Positions 1 to 14,707 of a stretch of 64,000 nucleotides of DNA are shown here, one piece after another. Both the position numbers and the translations under genes were made by a program. Below the pieces are notes generated by a model. It ran no database searches and was not told the DNA's origin. It saw only the letters and a program-made list of their open reading frames with translations. Position 1 is the stretch's first letter; the number at the start of each line of letters is the position of its first letter. Source of the DNA: a bacterium (lineage in GTDB: Bacteria > UBA8248); assembly GCA_965213685.1 (NCBI GenBank), contig CBDBZY010000041.1:448001-512000 (forward strand), given 5' to 3'.

Positions 1-365
1 ATCAAATGATTTATAGTTATTTATATAATTACAAATGTTGGGGTATACTAACAATTATTATTAAGTCAACATACATAATAGCAGGTTGTCTATTCTTTAC
101 TACAGTATTAAGTAAAATAATATACCCCATATCATATAATCTCACATAACAGAAGGTATATACATGTAAACCACAATTAATTGTGAACATTCCACAAATT
201 TGTGATGTAATTAATTAAGCCAACACACATAAAAGATGTTGTAGGAGTGAAGTAACATGCAATGCATAGCATACACAAAGTAAAATCAAATCACTGCAAA
301 AATATTAGTGGTAGTTCACATGTACAGTTGTGCACAGTGTGGTGTTATCACAGAAGCAATCAGTG

Positions 366-3300
366 TTACTCTAATGATCCTACCCACACTTGCTGGGACC
401 ACCCCCCAACATCCTCCACATACCCTCCAGCCACAAGCAGTTCACCAGACGGGAGTACTGCACAAGAGGGAGCCCACATTCCCACAGGAAGCTCTCCACA
501 CTTGCTCCATTTCTTCCCTTCTGTCTCATATCTGTAGAGCTCCTTTCTCCTCCCCTTCCCTCCTACCAGTAGCAAATGGTTCTGCAGGGCTAAGAGTGTG
601 GGTTCACGTACTGGAGGGGATGGCAGTTCCTGCCATACTGGGCCAGTGGTGGTGTTGCGAGTTGCGTTTGATATCAGGGTGGGGAGGTGGGCGGAGAACA
701 CGTGAGGCTGACCATCTCTCCAGACATATGATGAAATGTATACGTAATCACTAATGATGACTGCTGTCATTGCCCAACCCCCCACAGGCACTGGCTGTGC
801 ACTGTACCACTGGTAAGTGGAGCAGTCCAGGACTTCTACTGTGTCCTTGAACTCAGTCCCACATGCCACAATGAGGTATTGCTGGTAGCCCACAGCAGCT
901 GAGGATGCTCTACCAGTTGGCATTCTTGGGTAGTGCTGAGTATTCCAGCGGTGACCCTCACTGTCCCATAATTGGATAGCAGTGCTGTCTCCATCACCAC
1001 CAGCTAGTAATAGCTGGTCCTTGACTGATGCCATGGCAAACCAGCGCACAGTGCTCTTTGGCAGCTGAGACCACTCACCAGTGGTAGAGTTGTATTGTAC
1101 TACGACATACTGATTGCTGATCTCCTCAGCCAACCCACCTCCAATGTGGATCTGTCCCTTCAGTAATGCAGTTTGGGCATACTGGACTCCAAAGGGCAAG
1201 TCCTTTCCTCTCTTCCATTTGAGTGGGAGGGGCCATCTCAGTGGCTGGACCTGGGGCTGTAATGAGGTGAATGATGCAGGGAGGGGAGGGAGGGAGGGAG
1301 GGGAGGGAGAGGGAGGAAGACAGAAGGAGTGGTGTACGAATAGTGGCATGGAGAGAAGGTGAAAGAGAGTAGGAGTGAGGAAAGGGGAAGGATGGAGAAA
1401 CATAATGAATGCACACATGTATATGTGCTGATGACATTCCATGTATATAAACAATTCTGTACACAGGTGTGGAATACTTGTAGCTGGCTAGTAATGCAGG
1501 AGCTATTGATTAATTAGCTACAAATTCATTCATTATTTCCTTGGCAAGAAGGTTAACCATGTACACTAGGGTAACACACTATCTCAGCTTGTGTGGCTGG
1601 CTCACAGGTGGAGGGTGTGCACTGTTTTGGTGTCTGACTATTGAGGAATAGAATGGCCACACCAGTCTCTCCTCTCACACCATATGTGCTCGTCCTCCCT
1701 CCCTTCCATCACCTCCCTCTCCTTCCCTCCCTCTCCTTCCCTCCCTCCCCCTCCCTCTCCTTCCCTCCCTCTCCTTCCCTCCCTCTCCTCCCCTCCCTCT
1801 CCCTCCCTCCCTCTCCTTCCCTCCCACCTAGTGCAGTTTTAGTTTAGAGGGATTTGCAGTTGATTACTTCTTATGTAGTTCAATTACCATTGCTGGAGCA
1901 ATTTTGTTAATTGCCCTAATTAATTTTGTTATACTTCAATCTCTTAATAGAGTTTCAACACAATTCTTTAATTATATATCCCTGATTGCTTGCTACTAAG
2001 GATGTATTTAAGTACACAACAACTTACTGTAGTTTTAGTAGCATGTAGTTATAATTAACAACAGTATATACCATTTACTAGAAGGCTGTACAGATTACCA
2101 CAGAATTCAACACAATGACTGCAGTGACTGTGTACAGACCTTACAGTACTGGGTTTAATTAACATTACTGTGGGCTGTGACAATTAGTGTTGGTTTAATG
2201 TACTTTTGTTGCGATTAACTACTACAGTGCCACCCTTCTTCCCTCCCTCCCCCCTCCCTCCCCTTCCTCTCACCCTTCCCTCACACCCTCACACTGTCAA
2301 CCCCTCCCTTCCTCCCTACCCTGCTCCCCTCTCCTGTGCCATATGATTGTGTGTATCTAACCTCTAGCTCTTCTTCCATCCCTTCCATTCCCCCCTCTCC
2401 TTCCCTTCCTACCCCCTCTCCTCCCTCCTCCTCCCCTCCCCCAGCAGCCCCTTCCCTTTCCTCTGTCCCCCTTCCCTGCTCTCCCCCTCCCCCTTCTCCC
2501 TGCCCTCCTCCCTCCCTTCCCTCCTCCCTCCCCCTCCCCTCCTCCCCCACCCCCACCTCCCTCCCGTCCTCTCTTCCTTCTTTCACCCTCCCTCACTCCC
2601 TATCTTCCCTCCATCCTTCCTTCATCTCTCCTTCATTAACTACATGTATAAACTAATGGAATACATTGTAGTGAACAGATATCCTTCGGGTATTTACATG
2701 CATGAACTGAAGTAAGAGAAACTGTAACTAATTCAAAGGTAATTTATGTTAGACAAAATCATAACTAAAACAGGTTCATTAAACTGATTGGCTGCATTCA
2801 AATTTCTTCCTTACCCCTCCCCCCCTCTCTCTCTCTTCCTTCTCCTCCCCCTCCTTCCTCCCCCTCTTTCCTTCCCTCCCTCTTCCCCCATTTTCTCAAT
2901 CCTTACATCTCCCCCACCTCCCTCCCTCCCCCCTCCCTCTCCCTCAACCTCCACCTCCCTTCCTCATTCTTCCCTCATACTTGCCTGCCTCTCTCTCTTT
3001 TCTCTTTCCCACCCTCCCCTACTCCCTCCCCTTCCCCCTCTCTCACTTCCCTCATTTCTTCTCATACTCCCCTCACCCTCCCCCTCCCTCCCTTCTTCCC
3101 TACCTCCCCCTCCCTCCCCCTACCTCCCTCCCCCCTCCCCTCCTCTCTCCCTTTACCCTCCTCCTTCCTTTCCCCCTGGACCCCCTCCCTCCTCCCTTTT
3201 CCTCCTCTCTCCCCCCTCTCCCCATCCCTCCTTCCTCTCCCTCCTCCTCTCGCGCCCTCCTCTCCCTTCCTATTCTCAACCTCCACCTCCTTTCCTTATT

Positions 3301-6300
3301 CTTCTTTCCTCATACTTCCCTGCCTCTCTCTCTTTTCTCTTGCCCCACTTCCCCCTCTTCTCTCCCCCCTACCCCCCTCCCCCTCTCCCCCCTTCCCTCT
3401 CTTCCACCTCTCCCCCCCTCCCACGTATCCCTTTCCTCTTGACCTTCTCTCTCTCCCTTGTTCACCCTCCATCCCTCTCTTGTATATACCTCCCTCCTCT
3501 TCTTGTCCCTTCATCCTTCCTTCCTCCCACTCCCTTCCACACTCTCTCTCCTCTCCCATTACACATGTTTGCACACTACTAGAGATAGTTATCACTACAT
3601 GTAAACCACCCACTGCAGTACCTGCTCATGAGCCTTGGCCTGAATAGGAGAGCTCATCTGAGAGGGAGCTTTGGGGGCAGTCTATATAAAGAAAAGGATT
3701 ATCACTGTGAAATATCTAATTGTAAGGAACACTGTAGCAAAGAGAGAATGAATGGGAGAAGAGAGGAGATCTAGAGGAATGCTAAATATTAATGTGGTAA
3801 GGTGGAATGGAGGGGAGAAGGAAGGAGGGAGACTAGGGAGGAGGAAGGGAGGTGGGAAAAGGTGGAGGAAGGGGATGAGAGGGAGGAAAAAGGGGAAGGG
3901 GAGGGAGGAAGGAGAGAGGGGAGAGAGGAGAGAAGAAGAGAGAGGGGGAGAGAGGGGAGGGGGAAGTAGGGGGAAGGGGAACAGGAGGGAGAGGGGGGAG
4001 GGGAAGAGGAACAGGAGGGAGAAGGGGGAGGGGAAAAGGAACAGGAGGGAGAGGGGGGAGGGGGGAGTGGAGGGAGAGGGAGGGAGGGGAAGGGGGAAGG
4101 GGAGGGGAGAGGGGGAGGGGGAGTGAGGGGAGGGGGAGGGAGGGGGAGGGGAGAGGGGAGGGAGAGGGAGAGAGGGGAGAGGGAGAGGGGGAGGGGAGAG
4201 AAAGGGTAGAGGGGAGGGGGAGGGTGAAGTGGGAGAAAGCAGAAAGGGAGTGGAGGAAGAGAGGGGGAGGGGGGAGGAAAGGGAAAAGAGGAGGGTGGAA
4301 TAAAGAGGAGTGGAGGGTGATAACATCCACTGAAAAGGAGGGAGAAGGGCAGGGGGAGGGAGGGGAGGGAAGGTAGGGGGGGGGGAAGAGAGGGGGAAGA
4401 GGGGAGGGGAAGGGGAAAGGAAGGGAGTTAGGGGGAGGGATGAGGGGAGGGGAAGGAGGGAGGGTGGAATCAGAGGAGGTGCATCAGGGTCAAAAGGTTC
4501 ACTATTATGATCACATACGCCATTATAATACCCAGCACTCTGCATGTTTCACCACCGCGCCCGAACAACACAGATTATATATCCCTGATCTTGCTAGTAA
4601 GGATGTAGTTGCATGAGTATACAACAACAACTTACTGTAGTTTTAGTTACATGTAATTACAACAATATCATTTATTACAATGCTGTAGAGATTACTACAG
4701 AATTCAACACAATGACTGCAGTGACTGTGTACAGACTTTGCAGTACTGGTTAAAGTACTGTGGGCTGTGAAAGTATTGGTTTAATGTAATTTGGTGCTAA
4801 CTGCTACAGTCCCACCCTCCTTCCCTTCCTTCCCCCTCCCTTCCCTTCCTCTCACTCTTTCCTCACCCCTCCCCTCCTCCCTCCCCTCTCCTCGGGCTCC
4901 TCTCCCTCCCCTCCTCCTCTCCCCACTCCCCATGCCATGTGATTGTGTGAGTGTCTACCTCTAGCCCTTCCTCCATCACTTTCATTCCCCCCTCTCCTTC
5001 CCTTCCTCCCCCTCCCTTCCTCTCCTCTCACCCTTCCCCTGCCCCTCCACCCCTCCCCTCCTCCCCTCCCCCTCCTCCCCCCTCCCTGCTCTCCCCCTCC
5101 TCTCTTCCCTCCCCCTCCCCCCTCTCCCCCTCTCCCCCTCCCCATTCCCTCCCCCATTTCCCCTCTCCCCTCTCCTCCTCCCTCCCTTCACCTCCTCCCC
5201 CTCCCCCTATAATTAGTAATGCTGCAGAAATGGAGGGAGGCAAGGAGCAAAGGGTGGAGGGAGTGAAGGCGGAATTGAGGGGGAGAGAGGGAGAGGGGGA
5301 GGGGAAATGGGGGAGGCAGAGAGAGGGAAGGGGGAAGGGGAGAGGGGGAAGGAGGATGGGGAAGGGGGAGGAGGGGAAGGGAGGGGGGAGGGGAGGGAGG
5401 GGGGAGGGGAGGGAGGAGGGAGGGGGAAGGGGAGGGAGAGGGGAAGGAGGAGGGAGGGGGGAGGGGGGAAATGGGGGAGGAAATAGGAGAGGAGGGGGAG
5501 GGAAAGAGGGGGGAGGGGGTGGGGAAGGGATGGGGGAGGAATGGGGGAGGGATGGGGGGAGGGGAGAGGGAGAGAGGGCAGTAGAGAGGGGGAAGGGGGG
5601 AGGGGACAGAGGAGGGGAGGGAAGAGGGGAGGGGGAGAGGATGGGGGAGGAGGTGAGGTGAGGGATGGGGGAATGAGGGAGAGGAGGAGGGACTCCGATT
5701 CTCCGAGGGAGGGAGGGAGGGTGGGGGGAGAGGGAGGAAGACAGAAGGAGAGATATAGGGATATTGCCATGGAGAGAAGGTGAAAGAAATAGGGGTGAGG
5801 AGGAGGCAAGAGGAAGATAATTATTACTGAACATAATTGAAGGGCTGAGAACCAAAGTGGTCTAAGCCACAATCTTGACTTTAACCCCCCCTAGAACTGG
5901 GAGTCTTTGCAAAATGCATTTCAGAATATTCTGCACAGTCAGGTTTTTAAAAACTGAAAACATTACTTCAAAGGGGTCCTGTGATTTTTAATGCATTTTT
6001 AAGCATTTCAGCTCATTCCCCACACTTTTTGTTGGGATAGCCCACTCTGGTTCTCAGCCATTCAATTTTGTACATGTGCATGTGTAGGGGATATGCTCCA
6101 AGTATGGAACATTGATGCATTTATATACTGCCACAACTTGTTATCTGTAATTATTGATAATTAATTTCATCCCAAACATTTTTCAGTATAACCTCTATAA
6201 AGATGCTAATTATATACAGTTTGTTAAATGTGCAGCAAACCTTCTCAAGTACTACTTCACAAGGGAGAGGAAAGAAAGATGGCTATGCCTAGTGTGTCCA

Positions 6301-8893
6301 GTGTGTCCAGTGTGTCTAGTGTGTCTAGTGTGTCCAGTGTGTCGAGTGTGTCTAGTGTGTCTAGTGTGTCCAGTGTGTCCAGTGTGTCCAGTGTGTCTAG
6401 TGTGTCTAGTGTGTCTAGTGTGTCTAGTGTGTCTAGTGTGTCTAGAATGTCTGGCCTGTCCAGTGTGTCTGTTTATAAGGTACCTAACATTTACATGTAT
6501 CTCAACTACAGAGTGCATTCACATCGAAAACCTGTCAGGGGAGCTTGTTATTTCACCAAACAAATGCAGTTCTTGTGCTATTTAATCATGACTATGTTCA
6601 GGGACCCATATATAACGCCACAAAAAAGAATGAATAACCTGGCATTCTTCAGGCATGCAATCATATAAGTTGTACTAAAAGAAACCATAGTGATTGGTAT
6701 ATATGTGTATGCATAAGCAAGATATTGTGAGTGCCACCTTGATCTCTCATTCAGTTTTGTTCTTTTTTTTGGTTGTTTCACACTTCCTGTTAGACATCTT
6801 TTCTATAAAATTCCATCTAAGTTTGTGTCATACAACAAACTTCATGTACTGATGGTGATGTCTTGTGTGATGTGACACAAAAGGTTAACACTTCACTACG
6901 TGATTGCTACAGTGATGCACATGAAAGCCTCCTCCACGCCCCCACAATGCATGTAGCTAGTTATATCAGTGGCACATATTCACAGTACTAAAATATGTAA
7001 GACAAAACGTGCTCTAATTACCTCTGCCTCTGTTGCATGGCCTTCTGGAGAAACATTCACAGCCACGTTCTTTCTCAGTAACATGTCCATCCTCTCCCTC
7101 TCTTCCTTTAGTCGAGAACTCATCTCATTTTTGGTTTCCTGAAGCTGCTTTGCCAGCATTGTTTTCCCTTCTAATTCCACTTTAACTTTCTGAAGGGATT
7201 CTAGTAAATGTGAGGTCTCTTTCTTCTTTGATTCGAGCTCCTCTTCCACTTTCTTCAATTTCTCTTTGTGTTCCTGAACTTGCTGTTCTCTATTAGCAAT
7301 AATCTCTTTAAGATAGTGCTCTTTCTCCTCAGATGACTTCCTAAGGAACTGTAATTCTTGGTTTCTCTGATCGAGTTTGTTCCGTAGCTCAAATTTCTCT
7401 TCTTGCAAGTGTGACACTTTCTCCCTTTCAGACTCCAATTTTTTTTCTAATGTTTCCAGTTGCATTTTGATATCTTCATACTCTTTTTCCTTCCTTGTAA
7501 TCATCTCCTTGACCTCTGCACTGTCCTTCCCAGCTGACTGCTTGAGAGACTCAATCTCTTGCTCTTTCAGCTTCAAGGTTACTTCCAGCTCTTTCTTCTC
7601 CAATGTCAGCTTATTTGTTCTTTCTTTGGCCTTCTTTTTCTTCTCCTTGATGGTTTTGAGCTCTTGTTTGAGTGACCTCTCATCCCGCTTCGCCTGTTCG
7701 AGGGCCTGTTCTTGTCTGTCGAGCTTCATGTCTTTCTCTGTAATTTCCTTTGTCAATCTGTTTATTTTATTCTTCAACTCATCATGAGCTGGTGATGTAC
7801 TCTTCTGTGGAGGAGTTTTTGAGCCATATCAGTTAGGTGATATGAAGGCATATGCATGTTAGTGTGCAAACCTCTTCTGTAGTGCCTTGTTCCATAGACT
7901 TGGGTTTGTTCACTTGTGGAACTGGCACACCTGCAAAACATGAGTTGGTACAACAAAACAAGTGGAACATATTGACTGTGCAACTTAATGCAGAGTGTGT
8001 GCAGTTTAATTGTTACCATATTTGAGTGCTATCTTGATAGCCAGAGTCCTCTGACCAATGTTGGCAAGGGCTTGGACAATTGTGAGCCACTTCTTGTCCA
8101 CAATCACCTCCATATAGCACTGGAGCATTTCTAGCAGGCACTTCTCAGGGAAACGCCAGAGGGCATTTTCAATGCTCTTCAACTTCGGCGAAGGAACTCC
8201 AATTTCCAACCCCAAACAAAACCACTCTACAACACTCTTCAGTTCATTCTCCAGCTGTGTTATGCTCTCAGGACCTGTGTATGAAGTGTAAATCATAGTT
8301 ATAAGAAGCTACTATAGTTCACACAAGGGTGGACTACCTCTGTCTTCCTTTGCTGGATTTCTGTAGAGTGCCATGAAACGGGCACCAAAATCAAGGAGCC
8401 CATTCTCTGCACACAGAGACATGCATGAGGTAATGGTTTCCTCCTTGACAGGAATGAGCTTTCCATCCATCCTACGGTAGTCAGGGATCATCACGTACAC
8501 TTCAGGACAGACTTCAACTTGGAGCGAGGGAGGAGGATCAGATGGCGGCAGTGTTTGAGCCAATTCGGCAACAACTCTTGATTCCATTTCTGCCTGAATT
8601 TTCCCTTGCAAGTTGAGGAGGCACTTGACATCTTCCTTGGAGGATGCTTTGACCTGGAACAGTGGTGCTTCTGTGCACCAATAATTACTGATTCCTTCCA
8701 TGCCATGATTCTTGAGAACTTCATCAATGTCCTGGACAAAGGAGTCAAAGGTCACTGCCACACTGGGAGAACCATTGCCGAGGGTGAGCCATCCCCTGTC
8801 ATTACACACAGCCTGTGCTGGCTTGCCATCAATGTTGACTGGTGTACGGAGCATGAGAAAGTTCCCACACAGCGGAGACTCTCTGAACGACAT
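366..8893 (-). CDS. Spliced gene, ~848 aa: N-terminal alpha/beta domain + Death domain + long coiled coil + Kelch-repeat propeller
   Basis: Hand-assembled GT-AG exons 8893-8338, 8274-8017, 7930-7872, 7804-7022 and 1256-366 are phase-compatible (2547 nt, no internal stop). Death-fold signature ELKSVVEWFCLGLEIGVPSPKLKSIE...CLLEMLQCY...WLTIVQALANIGQRTLAIKI; K/E-rich heptads at 7022-7804; Kelch repeats (GG...Y...W pattern) at 366-1256. Extra small exons in the 5.7-kb intron or an upstream exon cannot be excluded. Confidence 0.8.
1690..5820. repeat. Polypurine/polypyrimidine low-complexity tracts with strand switches, inside the large intron
   Basis: C/T-rich at 1690-1830, 2230-2630, 2805-3560 and 4810-5210; G/A-rich at 3750-4480 and 5230-5820. 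Segment ~1975-2400 is duplicated at ~4575-4990. Confidence 0.9.
6288..6470. repeat. 9-bp minisatellite (AGTGTGTCY)n
   Basis: About 18-20 direct copies of agtgtgtct/agtgtgtcc. Confidence 0.95.
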
Positions 8894-9019
8894 TGCTGAC
8901 CCTGAAAGAAGGTTATAAGGATAATTATCAACAGCAAACAAACCAAGCAAACAAAAGCATGTGCATGAATATACCATAATATTATTTGTACTGTGTGGCG
9001 TTGGTGCACTACATGGGGT

Positions 9020-12000
9020 AAGTCTAAAGTAAATCTAGAATGGAAGAGAATATAGGGATTGCACTGAAAATGTATATGGAGATAAGACATGTATGGCTGC
9101 AAAGTACATGCTATAATACTCCAAGTTTCATGGGAACAATGACGACATGCCATGTCTGATTATGTAATACAAGCCCTCTATTTTTGAGCATGCAGCCACC
9201 AAGAAAGAAGTTATAACACTAAATTTAAACAGATTTGAATAACTGTTCGTTGTTACTGCATCGACAGTCCATGCATGTATTCACATGACCAAGAGTTGGA
9301 TCATTGTAATTATGCGATGAAACAGGCCAATAATTATTTGAACTTTTGTGAGTTCTTTGAAGGTGTGAATGTAGCAACAGGCATTTTGAAATGAAACTAT
9401 TTTTTTGGTGCTGTTCATGGTCATTAGTCGTCTTTCCACACATACAGAACTGTGATTTCCTAACTGGTTCTCCTATATATACAAGTAAATTGAAAAATTG
9501 TCAATTGTGGAGGGGCATATAGGGAATGCATAAAAAGAAATGGAGACAAGACCTGAATGTAGAGTGAATGCTAAAATGTGCTGAGTTTCATGGGGACAAC
9601 ACTGACATGATGAGTACGCCATGTCTGATTATGCAACACAAGCCCTATATTGTTGAGCAGAGCTGTATGGGGGCATCACATAGTCTGTATGTGTAAAAAG
9701 ACAGCAGAGACATGTGACCAGCCAGAGTTGGGGGGGGGGAACGCCCTAACTCTCCAACTTCCCCCCCAAATTCTTCAACCATCCCTTTACAATATCCTAA
9801 TTTAGCACACCTACTTTTTGTTTGGTCATGCCCACCTTTCATCATAATAACTGAACTTCCCCCCCTGATAAAGTTTTCTAGATGAAACCCTGCCAGCTAT
9901 TGCACTTACACCCTGAAAGAACCCATTAAACTTTACGACAATCAAGTCATTGCATGTATAGAGTGCTAGTGGACGCAATACCTACATATTCTATACTGTA
10001 TTCCTTTGTATGTAGGTGGCAGCTCAACAATATAAGGCTTGTATTGCATAATCAGACATGGCGTACTCGTCATGTCATTGTTGTTCCCATGAAACTCATT
10101 TTAGCATTCACTCTACATTCAGGTCTTGTCTCAATTTCTTGTTATGCAATCCCTATATGCCCCTCCACAATTGACAATTTTTCAATTTACTTGTCTCCTG
10201 TCTTTTTTTGCCGGCTTTCAGCAAAGGTTTATACACCATTTTGGTCAGAAGTTAGGAACAATGATGGCCTACTCGGAAGAATTAAGCATGTTTACAGTTC
10301 ACCACTACTCCCCAGTTCCTTTTTTTCCATGTATATACATGCATGTGTATATATACTGACTGTGACACAATGAAACTGAGTTGATTCTCGGTTTATGGCT
10401 AGTTCAGCGTGGCATACTGACCTCTATGTCTAGCTACCCGAATCTGCTCAACCGCGGCTATTGTCGTCTCTCACGGCTTTGTAGGCGAGGCGCTGTTACT
10501 ATGCCCGGGCTCAGCCCGGACAGGATGAAAGGCTTCTCAGCCTATCAGTCGGCCCGCGGCACTTCCTAGCACACCGTCGTCTAGATAAAACACGCCCCAA
10601 ATCATGCACACTCGCGCTTCAAGGGCAAGTGTCCGTGAAACCGGCGAAGCTAGCTAGTCTCTAGAGCCAGTGAGCCAGGCTAAGCGGCGCCCAACTTGAG
10701 TACACGCTGCCTTGGTATGTGACACGGTCACGTCGTGCCCCACCCCCTAACAGCTTGGGAACGCGCTACACGGTGGACGCCTCGCCGGCTGGTACGCCAT
10801 ACTTCACCATTAGATGCCTAGGGAACGTTGCTACACTCGCTGCGCCCGTGATAACTCTGCTTAGAACTAGAACAGGACAGTCCCACACATGTAGCTACTG
10901 TAGCTAGCTAGCCGGCCGAAGGTTGTCGACGGCGCAGCGCCTAATCACGTGAGTTTGCGGCGCACGCGCACGAGAATTGGCTGTGACCACGCGACATACC
11001 CATATGACGGCAACGCTACATTTCAAAACCGTATCCAAGGACATAAGCGCACGATAAGTCAATTACGCGCCCATTTAGTCAAAGCGCGCGTAACTATTCC
11101 CTAGTATGATGTATTAACAAAAGATAATTGTTAACAATTCAAGCAGTGAAGGTAACAAACTTTTTAGAGACTCATTCCAGGCATAATCATAAACTCTTTC
11201 AATAGTAACATTTCCATGTAGATTCTTTAGCTGTATCATGTCAATTACAGCGCATTCAATTTCAGCATCATAATGTACAGGAACACTGGAAAAAACAGAT
11301 ATTCGTTAGTATTACAAGAAGTGAAAGGGTTAACGTAGAAAATGCATATCCCTAATGTGTACTGCTATGATTTCTTTCTAATGTCTCTGTTAATGGATTC
11401 ATACCTTTTTATTTACAATACCTTTTATTCTAGCATTATAATGTACAGGAAGAGAGAGATAATCATCAATATCTCGAGAAGCAAAGGGGTTAACGAAAAA
11501 ATTATATGCCTATGCACTAGCTGTCATGAAAATGTACCAGCATGTGCAGTTTCATGATCATTGGTATTATGGTTATTGAGTTTCGTTTCTTCAACCTGAA
11601 TAAGAAGAAGGAGAAGAAGAATTGCAATATTACATTTTTGCTAATATCTCATAACATATACAACATATTTTCACCAGTTTCTGAATAGATTTTCATTTTC
11701 CCTTATTCTTAACACTAATTTCCTCAAATATCACACCTACGGTATTAGGTGTATATAGGGATTGGCCAGGGTCCTCAGCATTAAACCTGTACATTTGAAA
11801 TTTGCAGGTATTGAAGTTAAGAGTATGCAAAATGTTAACTGTACCTTAAAAATTTGTGGGAAAATACTATACAAGGTGTGTTTTATATGCAAAAATGCAT
11901 TTCACAAATTGTCCATGTTCTTCTTCTCCTTCTTCTTCTTCTTGTTCTGGTTGAAGAAGCGAAACTCAATAACCATAGTACCATTAATCCTGATAATGCA

Positions 12001-14340
12001 CATGTAGGTACATAGCATTGGTGGCTAGTGCATAGGCATAATGTTTTCCATTAACCCCTTCACTTCTTGAGATATTGATGATTATCTAGCTTCTCCATGT
12101 ACTTTGTGTATTGAAGGTACATTATAAATTCAAATGAGGGTAACTACGCGCGCTTTAATGAGCGCTTAAATCACCAATTGTGCGCTTACGTCTTGGATAC
12201 GGTACATAGATACTTGAAATCCACTTACACGCATATATCGCGTGGTCACTGGCCGGCCGGCCGGCGGCTGTTGCGCGCGCCGCATGCTCACGTGCACGTG
12301 CGCAGCGCCGTTAGAACCGGCCGGCCTCTAGCGCAAAGGCAATTACCGCCAACCGTGCGTGTAGCCTCGCTGCCCCAGTAGTTCTTAGGCGATGGACGGC
12401 TTTAACTAAACGGGACTAGCGCGGCGAGTGTAGCCACGTTCTCTAGGCGTGTGATATCGCAATGTGACCCATCGGCTGGAGTGCCTTTCAACGCTTCAGC
12501 CTCCTTCCGTGTTTGGGGGAGTGGACTACTGTACGGTACTCTTTCGAACTGGGGACCATTGAAAAGGACTAGAGCAGAGACTAGTGCGGTACCGTCCCAT
12601 ACTGTACGTACATGTGTATATCCTAGGCTACATTCTCAAGTTGTTTGGAGGCCGTGTGGGGCCGCCATGGGCTGGGCCTTAGCATAGACTATACAATCTA
12701 TGGCCTTAGCAACGCATGGACCCAGGGCTTATTTTTATGCCTTGGTTACGCAGCTGCCAATTTCTGACCTGCGTTCGATGGTGATATGTGTTGAAGTTAC
12801 TATCAGGTCTGTGTTTGGTGGACTCGGAAGAGGCTAAGAAGGCGTGCTCAACACAGGCTGATACGAACCAGAGACGTCTATATGCACCGGCACTGCACTG
12901 CTACATTATACATGTACTCTGCATCACGTGCATATCACAGCCTGGTGCACTGTACTAGCACAAGTAGTTCTTCCTGCATATATCATAGCACCTGTTAAAA
13001 CTCTACACTACTGACTGCACATTAGTTGCTGCTCTTAGTATTATAGACACCATTAACTTCATTTAACACTCATAATTAATTGTATTGTGTCACACTTAGG
13101 TTCATTGCTGTTATTTATGAAACCTGTGTATTGGTTGATTATCTATTGCTGTCATTCATGAATCCACCATACTTATTGCCACAGTTTATGAGCATTCACC
13201 TATTGCAATTCATGCACAATTGAAAGAAGTTCTATAATCAATGAAGTATTGCTGTATGTTATATTTGGTTAATGACAACATCTTTGCTGAAAGCAGCAAA
13301 AAAATGTGGGGAGATTAGTAAATTAAAAAATTACATTTTAGAGGGGGATATAGGGATTGCATTAAAAGGTACGGAGACAAGGCTTGGATGCAGAGTACAC
13401 ACTATATTGTAACCAGTTGTCATGGGAACGATGATGAAATGTGGAGTACCTCATGCGTGTTTATGCAACACAAGCCCTATATTGTTGAGCTGAGTTTCAT
13501 GGAAACACAGGAATCAAATGACTTGATCAATGAAGGACCATCGATAACCATCGAGGGACCATCCCAGACCAATGCGTTACTTGTACCATTGCATGATGTC
13601 ACACGTAGAAACCATCGGACAGAATTTAAGTCTGATATCAAACTATATACTCCTTATCCCTGTTATCTGTCTCATAGCTTGGCACTCTTACACATACTCT
13701 GAAGAGCATCCCAGCACACTCACAGCAGTCACATGTACCTACTGTACTTGCCATTACACTTACACTGTGAAATAAACATTATGTTGATTGAAATATGCCA
13801 CCTGTATATCACTAAACTTTGCCCAAGCACTGAAAATGAAGACATGCATACTTGCATACTTTTGTGTAGTGATAATAGCTTATGAAGGGAAGTGGTGGTG
13901 GCTGCTCAACAATATAGGGCTTATGTTGCATAATCAGGCATGAGGTACTCCACATTTCATCATCGTTCCCATGACAACTGGTTACAATATAGCGTGTACT
14001 CTGCATCCAAGCCTTGTCTCCGTACCTTTTTATGCAATCTCTATATCCCTTTCTAAATTTTTTTTTAATTTACTAGTTATATTAAGTGTCTAGTGAAAGT
14101 GAAAACTCAAATTTTCAAATGTACAGGGTTGATGCCGAGTGACCTGGGCAATCCATATATACACAGTGCTACCGCACTGTGTGATATACATGTGGCTCTG
14201 CTCAATAGTGTAGTGCTTGTATTACATAATCAGACATGGCATACATACTCATCATGTCATCATTGTTCCCTTGAAACTTTGTGTATCTGATATCATAGCA
14301 TGTACTTTCCATCCATTACATGTCTTGTCTCCATACCATT
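9020..14340. repeat. Cluster of fragments of a dispersed non-autonomous repeat family, including inverted pairs
   Basis: The motif ...atgcaacacaagccctatattgttgagc occurs at ~9160, ~9630 and ~13460, and inverted at ~10020, ~13905 and ~14200. 13320-13490 and 13903-14070 form an inverted pair. 10580-10930 and 11510-11730 recur at 55920-56600. Confidence 0.7.
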
Positions 14341-14707
14341 TTATGCATACAGTGTTCTTTATAGTATTGTATAGTATCTATGCTGTAGTACATACAGTCC
14401 TACATCAGTACTCAGGCCACTTTTATGGGCTATGTATGAACATGAATGAAATGTTGTATTCTTGTCACATTAGGATCACCTGCTTTGACATTGAATGCCC
14501 GATGCATTCCATACATCCATTCAGTCTGTAGTGTGTAATATTAGCGTTATAGTTGTATTACAATAACTGTGTACTGACAGAGAGTGCAAACCAACAATAT
14601 TACATTGGGATGGGCTGGTCCTTATACTGTATATGGTGAAGCTCTAGTCATGCACGTGTGTAGCATGTATAGAGTGACGTGTGCTGCAGAGTTGAGTGTT
14701 GCAGAGT

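Noticed and set aside
2281-5872. Pro/Ser/Leu-rich and Gly/Glu/Arg-rich ORFs
   Set aside because: They are artefacts of stop-poor purine/pyrimidine tracts.
6154-6668. Metallothionein-like (CLV/CPV)n ORF
   Set aside because: It is a translation of a 9-bp intronic minisatellite that is open in multiple frames.
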